Shown one piece after another: positions 53,501-64,000 of a stretch of DNA of 64,000 nucleotides. Each line of letters opens with the position of its first letter. Position 1 is the stretch's first letter. Source of the DNA: Trichoplax sp. H2 (lineage: Eukaryota); assembly GCA_003344405.1 (NCBI GenBank), contig NOWV01000146.1, forward strand, positions 1 through 64,000. Reading direction: 5' to 3'. The notes beneath the pieces are model-generated. The model saw only the letters and a list, made by a program, of their open reading frames with translations, had not been told where the DNA came from and did not search any database. The position numbers and the translations under genes were made by a program.

Positions 53501-56500
53501 ATGCAAGTGTATTTGTCGAAAACATATCTTACTATGCTTTAAATTGTTTTAATTTTATGACATTAGAAAATTCATCGCACCTTTCCTGAATCTAGATTAG
53601 TAGTAAAATAAAGGTATTTGACAATATTACTTACAAATCGGTTAGTGTACCAAGTTCTTTGAACGCTTGATCACATATTGTGTAAATGTGACTGTTTTGA
53701 AGCGAACTGTAAATTTAAAATGATGAAACAAAAATCTAAATTTACTACTTTATTGCAAAATCTACAAATCAGATTTCTGGAATTACTTATATCATTATTT
53801 GATACCGTAAAAGAAATTAAGAATTATACGATCATCAAAATCATTTTACCTTGTAAACAAATTTTATACTTAGAAATTAATGTTTAATAACTTTTAGCAT
53901 TAGAGCTATCGATAAATTTCTAATATGGATATTTTTCTTTGTTTATAATGATAGATAAACGATTAAATATTATAAAAACATCCGTTATTTCGATATATCT
54001 GCATTAGTAGTATTGTAGCTATTAGCTTACAGTTTTTCAAGCCTTGGTAAAAGCTTAATAATCCCACAATCCAGATGGTGAATATATCCCATTGTCAATT
54101 CGCTTGAAAAATTAATAAAATTTACTATACTTGCATTGATAATTGAACTTATCTAACAGGTAGTTGCTGTATTATAATCAAGACATTATCACTACGAATA
54201 CAACATAACTGCCACTTTTAGTTTCTTATCTGTTTTAAAGGCTACTTTTTTATTCGCCTTAGTTTGTATTTTAACTAAGTAAAAATTGAAGGCCCTTAAT
54301 CCTAGTTCACAATTCGACTAAGATGTACTCCAGAGTAAGTCAAACGCTTAATGCTATTATTACATACATCTACGTAATACTGGAATATATTTCACATTAG
54401 TAGTTACGTAATAGATGATGAAAATATATTATCGTCTCTTACAAAATACAGTATGTAAAGGCATAGAATTATTTTTTTCTAATATATGCCATTGAATTTC
54501 AATAGACGGCATAAAATCTATCAAAGGTTCAAATACAGTGAAGCAGCCTAAAAGAATCGATACTAGACCATCAATGACAACTATAGAATTCTAAAGGCTT
54601 AAGTTTTAAATCAAGCTTTAATAATTAAAAGTCATACTTACAGAATTGTCAGATTAGCCATATTCTGGAATGTAGTAAAGGCCAAACCTCTATGATTCGT
54701 ACTAGAGAATAGTCTAAAAGAATTTACCATTGAACTTAAGATGGCATAATTGGATAATTAACATAATAGTTTGCTCCGTATCTTTTCATTTCCTAAGACA
54801 GCAACTGTCATATCATCACTTGATCGATATTGTAATACGGTCTAAAATACTCTTATTCACATACGCGATACTAAGGTGAGGCATTCCCAGACCAGCCTTT
54901 TGTGGTATTTCTTGGATTAAATTACGAGACATATCTCTGCATTATAATTAAGAATTAGTGATTATAGCATTCAATAAAAGTGTACCTTAATAATGCAAGA
55001 TTTAACCAGGTTATTTCCATGCTGTATTCTCAAGCGATTGTAAATAATTGTCATAACGAAATTAGTCAGATATTAACTATTGTACGCAATAAAAATTTCG
55101 TCTACAACTACTGCTACAAAATTCCAATATTACAATTCATTTTGTGTAAATCATCCACTTTTCTTTTAAGTTCTAATCTCGAAAATATGTAGCGACAATA
55201 TTATAAAGTAGGATACGATACTATTTTACATTCGGAAACAGATTCTTTTATTTGATGAAGAAACTGTAGACTGGTACTGCTCTAAATTTTAAATAACGGC
55301 GGAGATTTTTATGTAAATGATAGAAAGCTAGTTGTAAACTTAGAATTTAACGATAAAGAAAGCATTTTTACAAATAAATACGATTATATGGTACAAGGTT
55401 ACATCTACAGTAATGCACAATAATTTAAATTATTACATTGGTATCGTCATATAGCAAATGCAATATTATCTTCAACCTACAGACTTTTCAGGTTATTCAA
55501 GTTTAGGAACGTATCTACGTCCAAGAATCGTATTAGTGTTTCACTTACTTCCCTAATTAGAATGTCAATAAATTGATATAAAATTTCTAAGTGCTTAAAT
55601 TTACAGTTAGTTTAATCGTCTTTAAGAATAAACTATAAAATAAAGCTGTTATGCAGTTATCTTAATAACACATGAGTAAATACATAGTCATAATAAATTT
55701 AAAACCTAATGTATGCATCAAGTGTCTATGAAAAGTCTGTATCCAGATGCCTTTTAGCATCACGTCCGCTTTAGGACCCAAAATACTGACTGTCATGTAA
55801 CATCCGTGAATAAAAAAGTCTATCGACTCAGCCAACGTTTCTATACAAGCTATAAAATCAAGTCATATTGAAGTACAAACTATTTAGTGATATAGCTGTA
55901 AATATCAATAATAGTTACCTAAATGACACTATAAAACTCTTCAATTACCTTTGTAATATTGCTGATAGATAGATAAAATAAATTAATAATTTTTAGTAAT
56001 TTTTAAATTAATTAAGGAAAAGCTCTTGTGATCTTGTCATATTTGCTATATATAGAGACTGTTACGTTCGCATAGTACCAAAATAGTGGATATTACTTCG
56101 GTTCAGTTAAAATCAACTAAGCCCAATATACTTGTAATACACCATTGTGGATTATTATTATCGGTACATTACGATATTAAACTAGTATTTCTTCTACACA
56201 TGTGTAGATTTACTGATTAGCAGAAATCAGTCCCTTAGTTACTTAGTTCTTGGATAAAGAGTTGCCTGTTCAGGATTATCGTACTATTATTGTAAGTAAT
56301 ATACGGACTACGCGCTTGTAGTTTATTAAGAAATTAATGACTGATAAAGTAGCCAAAGAGTGCATATACATCACTAAATTTAGGCAGAGTGCCTCTAGCG
56401 ATCAGTAAATAACGCAATTAGATGAGGTTTTAGGCCAAGATATTTTCGAATATTTTGATCGATCAATTCTTAGATGTAATAAGCCCAACTCCCTTACAAA

Positions 56501-59500
56501 CTTGTAATAAAACCAATGTTATGATTAAAATATCAAAATTGTTTCCGTTAAGAAGTTTAAATAAATACGTTAATTCGAGTGATTTGGAGAATTAAAAATT
56601 AAATCATAAAAGAAATGTTTTTATATAATGTTTCAGATGCTACTTATAGCAGAAATCAATTTCTTACAATATTTCCAATTTTTGCAAAGGGTCGAACACA
56701 TGCTTGGAAAATTCAGTAATAGGATTTTTTGACAACTTCCTGTAAATTAAAGAAACTTATGAGACCTCTAAATTTTACCTGATAGTATTATACCGTGATA
56801 AATGACTTATAGCACTACGTTCTACTGTGATTTATTTTTATTATTCATATCTACAAATAATACGATTTATAGTTTGAATCTTTTAAAATATGATTTTTAG
56901 GAATAGCTGAAGCGTTTACATGATTCTAAGGTTTCTTAATCCGTTGAAAGCCTTTTCATGAATGGATAGAATGTGAGATTGTTCAATTTGTCTAATTGAG
57001 AAGTATAGCTACAATATTAAGTCATTAGAACGCTACTACCCAACTTTATCATCAATAACTTACAAAACTTGTAAAGATTTCAAATTTACGAAGGCATGTT
57101 TGTGAATTTTTGTTATATAATTCATTCCTATATTACTATCAGGACAAATATATGTTTTATGTCTTATCATACTTTTAAATCAAAAATCTTCCACGAAATT
57201 AATACCCAAAAAGACTTACAGCAAGCGAAGATTTGGTAAATTCTTGAGATATTCTTGGGATATAGCTTCGCTATTAAGTAGATTTTGGTACGCATTGCTA
57301 CATTAATAACATAAGACAACCTCAAAATTTTTTTGATAATACTGTAAATGGACTGTGAAATTAAAAATTAAAATACTCTACAATTGATATAGTTACCGTA
57401 TTAATGTATGATTGCACGGCAACGAATATTATATTCCATCTACTATATTCAAAAACGTTACATATTCTAGCTATACGCTTATTTTAAGAAATTTTATTTT
57501 TCCTTCGTGAATACTTCTTTAATTTCGCCTTATATCTTATTTTGCAATGTATTCTCAAGCAGATTTTGTATTTATGTGACTAGCATGTGCTAATTTAATA
57601 CTAACATGGTGTCATTTTGTAACCGTTATTAATTCAAGTTATATCGCAAATTTACAATTCTTACGGCTAAGCGATATCTATACAGAAATTACTATATTTC
57701 AGGAGCCACTTGATAATTTATCTAGAAATGAAATAGCATAAATCATAAATATTGTTTTAAAACTTACAGTTCATATATCCAAAGTTGAGGAATGGAGGTA
57801 TCTATCGGAAATTCCTGCATGTAACTGCGGGGCACCATACTTGATGATAAAAATTGAATTTAGTTCGTGAATTATGAGTATAACTTATAGCTATTTTCTT
57901 TTAGTGTATAACTCATATATTTTTCGCTATTTGCACCAAATAGACATCTGTATCAGTGTCATGGCACTAGTCTAGCTATAAGAATCCAAAATGCGTTTAA
58001 AAGTCAATTTCTAACTATACTCATGGGAATAGAGTAGCCAACTTGTAGACAGTTTTAGGTATGCTAAGGCTGCCTATTAAAAATTAGTAACTATGTTACT
58101 ATCCCTAAGACAACAAACGAACTACAGTAGCCGTAATATTGTATAACCCTTCACAAATATAGTATAGATAATAATTTTTATATAAGCTAACTATTTAAAA
58201 TGCGGTGTGGCACAGATCATCTGTTTATTTTTTTCCAATTGATGATAATAAATACTGTACATCACCCATAGAATTAAAATAAAAAGAAACTATAACGCTT
58301 TTTCATGTAGAAGCTTATCGAAGTCTTAAGAAACAAAAAAAGGAGTCTATCACCTGAATCTTGCAGATTCAAATGAATACTGCAATAGATAAAGGTAAAT
58401 TATGCCCATCGGCTTGAGACATAACTTAATATTGGGATTGTAGACTACAGTATTAGCCATACTTAGGATATCAACGTAAATAAAGTAGTCGTTTCTATAT
58501 TGGATCAATGACTGTCCATTGTCAAATGTTGTTAGTAAATCTTAACACGTGTAAAATGCGGTAGAATATTGCTGTACTGATTGTAGCTACGAACGTTACG
58601 AAAAGTATACTAAAATAAGTCAATTAACTGTTAGAAATTCCTAGTTGTTGTAATTCCATGTTAAATGTAGAGTAGCACTGTAATACGTAGAAAACTCGCT
58701 GCATGCGTGTAAGCAAGTAACAACTGAAATATGCCTTGTGCATACTGTATAGCCCTCAACGATTCATTTCTTAATTTCTATTGCCAACGCAACGAGACTC
58801 ATAAACCGTCAGCGAAGAGTAATCAAAGTTACTTCTCAATTATTTACGAGATGAGATGTTGATTATTGGCCATTTTTGGCATTGTGTTCTACAGACTGTA
58901 AACTTCAATGTATGAAAATACTCTAATAGGCTGCTAGATTACCGATGACCATTATCTGCTGCACAGTAATATGTTACTAATTATATTCCGCAAAATTAAA
59001 ATTGAAAATACACGTAGAATGTCTCTAAGATGATTGTAACTACAGATATTATAAAAAAAATTGAATACTTTCAAAGCTTACACTGACTGATAGGGTATAA
59101 TCCATTTCTTAGGTAACTGAATCTTAGAACGAGAAGTACAGACTAAGCTTGTATTTGAACATGAACATTTCTTAATACATGGAAGTTGATCTAAAATATA
59201 GATGAAAGCAATATACAACTCAGAGCCATTATACTTTAGTGTTCTTTTCTATGAACTAAAGTAAATTTCGTAACAAAATCAAAATTTCCAACCTTAAAAT
59301 AAAATATTTGATAATACTACAGATTAAAAAATATATTTAATATTAATTAAAAGGCAAAGCGCTAATTCTATTTATATAACATAGTCTAGAAAATTATGAG
59401 GTAATATAATTAATCCATCATTCCTTAAGAGAGCGAAACTAAGTAAATGTGAGAATATAATAAACATACGGCAGCGTTCTTTTTTCATTGAGGTATTAGA

Positions 59501-59747
59501 AATTTTCCATAAAGGACATAAAGAAGGTTTACAAACTAGAAATAAAAGTGGCATCATGATTGCTACTTTCTAATGATAGCACACAATCTATTGCTTGGAT
59601 ATGCGGTTAAATCTTCACATTATTCGTATACTTACTCGAAGCGAAATCGATTTTTTTATGCTTCTTACAAGAATCTTGGGTGCAATTATTTACGCTATTT
59701 GGAATCACTGCAGTATCCAGAGGTACTAAAGCAGAAAATACTAGCAT
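44595..59747 (-). CDS. Large LRR ectodomain: signal-like N-terminus, Cys-rich LRRNT cap and ~30 LRR exons
   Basis: Exon 59747?-59636 (hydrophobic segment + NNCTQDSC); 59535-59470 (CKPSLC..C); 59190-59082 (PCIKKCSCSNTSLVC). Then about 30 open phase-2 exons of 63-81 bp from 57839-57768 to 44666-44595, e.g. NLSKNKIKDISNMTFYGLYSLKI and QLGSNAISFIETHSFERMPTLQT. Start codon uncertain; the frame is open and hydrophobic upstream of 59747. Confidence 0.8.
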
Positions 59748-62353
59748 TAATACGGGTGTAAGAATCACAAACAGGTGCAGCACTATGCCCTTGTGATAAA
59801 GTGTTTTCTCAAAAATATAACAAGAACTACAGCTTCTTGTAAACTTTAATTTATTACATAAGATTAGGTTCGTCTAACAACTACCAAGGACTATCTAACT
59901 TATTACAGCAATATTCACGATTTATATACAATTAGTTTAATTTCAGTTTTAAGCTTAATCGGGCCTGCAGTACAGGTTTTAATAACTAAACCTGTCATCA
60001 GGATCTATGCAAAATATTAAAATCTATCACAGCATTTGTTTAAGATCTTTGTGTAGTCAAAGTGATATTGGTACTTTATCGTTTTCAACATCACCATACT
60101 TATACTGATAGCTAACCATTTTTAGTAATCTGCATTCCTTGGAAAGCCTCACGATCTATCGTACTAAGAAGTAGGTTATCGCTAGTGCTAATGCATAAAG
60201 CGACATTACTTATTTCGCCTTGTAGCGATGAACCGCATATCTGACTGTATTAATAGCTATGGTAGTTATATTTAATTAAGAAAGTCATATTTCTAATAAG
60301 GAATCTTATTACGTTGCTAACATTAGAATATTAGACCTATTGCATAATAGATTGGACAATTTACAATACTAGACATTGTTAATTATTAATTATAATTGGT
60401 TAAATAAGCATAGTACTAGGCCTATGTGAATGAGTGTACTGCAATGGTGAAGATACCCAACACTTTGTGGTGTTGGATAATAACAGAAGAGTAATGACAT
60501 GTTAAACATATTGGAAATTACGGTAGGATATATAGATGACCCATTTTAAGGGAAAGTATTTTATTTAATAACTCAAGTCTGATTTTTGGCAACTTTATTG
60601 CAGTAAATATATCTAATGAAATATATTTCAGAAATGCGGATAAAAGCTTCACTCCTTTTGAGACCAGAATTCTTTATTTTAGATCAATCTTAATAGTTAA
60701 ATATAATTCCAGTATTCTAAAGTATTCTACTTTAATCGTTTTTAAATCTCATCTGTACGAAGATTATTAATTATAAGAATTAAATATTTATGTTAGATAG
60801 AGAGATTGTTAGATACTTTTATTACACATCCATTAAGGTCTTAAGCTTATCTCATAACTTATCTGAAATGAAAGTTTATATTTTTCTTTCTTATGTTCAT
60901 TATTCAAATGCTTACGATCAAATTATTAGCTGATTTTTAGATAATGGGTATTTTGACGCTTAAAAGTAAAGAAGCAATATAACCTGAAAATTCAGTAACT
61001 ATCTTTTACGGTGAAATCAGTAAACACTAACCGCAATCGACTTCGTCGTATCCATTCCTACAATCTAGCTTGCAGTCACAAAATTGCGATACCATAATTT
61101 GCTGTTCAGAATCACCGCAGCGTAAGCCTAAGGCTTCTATATCATAAAAGATAATAATAAGAGAAACATCACAGTTTACAATTGTGGATAGGTTTACAGT
61201 TAAGGTATTTAATAATCTCTATTTTGTTAACAAATGCTTGCGATATGAAGAAAAAGATCATGAAGATAAATTACTATTGGGTCTAAATTTTTTCATACAT
61301 ACCTTGAATAAGTAAGTTTATAGCCACAATTCTTAAAATTAAAACGTGGAATTTATTCACTCGCTTCATGTTCACTTTCATCCGTATTCAGATTAACGAA
61401 TTTAATTGTTGTTCCGTCACATTTTATAACTTAACGAAGGGCATAGATAGGCGTTGAAATAGATTATAATTTTAATTGGCTACTTTTCAAATAGTTAATC
61501 CTTTGACTGTTTTGTTTATTGTGGCTGGATGAAAAACTATATTGAATTCTTCATAATTTCTGAAGAAAAGAGTAATTCGAATACGCACACATATATCAAA
61601 CTTTTGTTATACAATAATATAAAGTATAATTTGTGAAGAATAGATTGTAAAGTGAACCTACGCACTCCAACTTTTTCTCTCAAGTTCAAAAGACTTTGTA
61701 GCCATAACTCGTAAGACTTCTACGTGAAGACTATTCATTAGCTTTGCTTAGCTTATTGGCTTAACGAATTTGACTTTTGTGCCTCTGATTTTATGAATCG
61801 GCTTTGGCGTTAAAGTAGACTATTCTAGTTGGTTTTATTTCAAATGGTTTAATTAGTTGATTCTTTTTAGTTGTGATTTGGAAATATCGGTCAAAATTTT
61901 CTCTAATTACGATATCGATAATCTCAGAGGGTGGATGAGATGACTTAATAAACTTCTAAAGACTGTATATAAAGAACTTCCGCTCTACTTTGCTTTAGAT
62001 GAGAGAATAAATAATATGTGTCATTGATAGCATAAAAATGAAGATTCTATCTTCTCAGAAAAAAATAATTAGTTTATTACTGTTATTAATTATCTGTATG
62101 TTACAGTGTTATAACACTGCAGAGATTAGAGTAGAATTATCTATGATAAGGCAATTTTATTAACTTGCCCTTATTTAGTCACTTTCTAATTTAGATATAT
62201 TGTCTTATAATATAATACAGGCTTTTGTATGATAGCGGTATACGACCGAAAACTATATATATATAACAATAACATATATACTGAAATTAATAGCTATATA
62301 AGGGATTCGAGAATAATCTATCCGTAGGTTGAATCACTGTGATTATACCTAAT

Positions 62354-62679
62354 TGTCACAAACAGCTCGCGATGGAGATACCTTGGATCACTAAAACTCC
62401 TTAAAAGATAAAACTATAACAGCTAAATATGTCTACAACAACAGACTAGGAGTAGGCTAGGTTTAGGTTTAATAGAATTTATTTAATTTAGAAGTCTTGA
62501 CATCCAAGGCTACTTCATCTACACACGCATACTACGCGCTAATTATCAAATGATCAGTTAATGAGGGCACCGGGCTTCATATACCCTCTCTCGGCTGCAC
62601 AGCTTACTGTAGATAAATAATTCTAAAACTAATATAGATTTGCATGGCAGACTGTCTACGGAGTCTGTACTCCGTCATA
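62354..62679 (-). mobile_element. Solo LTR-like element, copy 2 (326 bp, internally deleted)
   Basis: Plus strand TGTCAC...TCCGTCATA flanked by CTAAT / CTAAC (5-bp target-site duplication, one mismatch). Shares several blocks with 21743-22343 (gtcttg.catccaag.ctact, gggctt.atataccct, tgcacagctta, gactgtcta, acggagtct.tactccgtca). Confidence 0.65.
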
Positions 62680-64000
62680 CTAACTTATGGTAGAATGTAA
62701 ATGAGCTTGAAAGTATTCCGTGTACGAACATATTGCAATCTGATTATCTTGCATTAGTCACTAGATGTCTATGCTCATAAATACTGTCGCCTTCATCAGC
62801 TAGCAGTAGATAAAATTAATCTCTGATTCATTTCAAGGCTTCAAAGTTAAATGTACTAACTAGCACGCATGAATTATTACAAGAAAAAGTATAAATATGG
62901 TATACTGTGTCATAAAGCGAGTTCTTCAAAATTTGGTTTTCACTTCAAATTCAAGGCGCCTAAGTTTTGGTATTGCTTCCTAATAGAGAAAATGTGTTCC
63001 TTATAGCGTAGAAATTGTTCATGATGCATGATGCAGGGGCTCAACTTATTGATCGGAAGTTACTTTAACATGTTGCAAACCTATGTTATAACACTGCAAT
63101 ATAAGTGTAATGAATACTGTGCTTGGATAGCATGTTCATGACTTATGAAATAAATGGTAAAAATAAAATTTATTGCATTAATGGCTAGTAACGCAAATTA
63201 TAAAATATAGAGCAGTTAAAATTGTTTTCGTAAAGGTAAAGTGTATTTTAATGGATTAGTCGCAATATTGGAGTACAGAATGTAACAGGACTTCTCACAC
63301 AGGATTTTTCGCCAATATCTGCGTTAATAAAGTACAGTAACAAATAAATATAATATATCAATAAGTATAAACTATTCAAACCTATGAAATTGGCCTAGTT
63401 ATACAAAACACCAATACCTAGCTAATTAATATGGCAAACAGACTTGGCTATAGACTGTATTCTGAAATATCACATAATGATATTCCTGTGAGATTGTAAG
63501 AAGTCTGCTTCTTATTTCTTTAAAACCGCCAATAATAATCGCAAAAGATTCGGATAGTAAAACAGAGTGTATGACACGTTTTTGTAAACAAAGTTTTCAA
63601 TACGAGTACTGCAGATTAAATAAATAATGAAAGATGAAGATATCGATATTGGAAGATGGTGGTTCATATTTGAGAAAATAATTGTAATAAACTAATGATC
63701 ACAAGAATAATGAGGAGCAGGGAAGGATCGACAGCACCATCCTTAAATACATATAGGAAACTAACTCTTACTAATCAAGATTTTCACTTAGTGAAGAAAA
63801 TAATACTTCTAGCTTGTATGTATATGGTATCTCCAGATACTTATGCTAAGAAGTTTCGTACAGTAGATAACTCAAAGAGAAGAAAACAGCCATACCTCGA
63901 ATAGGGCTGCTGATAAATGTACACCTGTACAGTATACATCATTTCATTAAACCAGCCATCATCTAGAATGACTTCATTAATAAGCACAGCCACTATTTTC

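Noticed and set aside
63628-63904. Short plus-strand ORFs at the window end
   Set aside because: No recognisable domain, interrupted by stops, and the context is truncated.

Overview
AT-rich eukaryotic (animal) genomic DNA with many short GT-AG introns. The gene content (LRR-GPCRs, an LGR-like single-exon GPCR, small fibrinogen-like secreted proteins, a compact RSF1) suggests a non-bilaterian animal, most plausibly a placozoan; this taxonomic call is inference only. The ORF track misses most real genes because they are split into small exons. Contents in order: (1) 1-7.6 kb, the 3' part of a giant metallothionein-like gene built from about 30 tandem exon+intron units of ~260 bp, together encoding tandem beta-type Cys domains; (2) a head-to-head pair of secreted fibrinogen-like paralogues; (3) an LGR-like 7TM receptor; (4) two solo-LTR-like copies of one element; (5) RSF1; (6) a probable transmembrane pseudokinase; (7) a 24 kb LRR-GPCR locus with about 46 open symmetric LRR exons, many dead exons, a decayed internal 7TM and a decayed internal N-terminus. 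The LRR-GPCR locus looks like two tandem receptor genes fusing into one. All exon structures were read by eye and have no transcript support.
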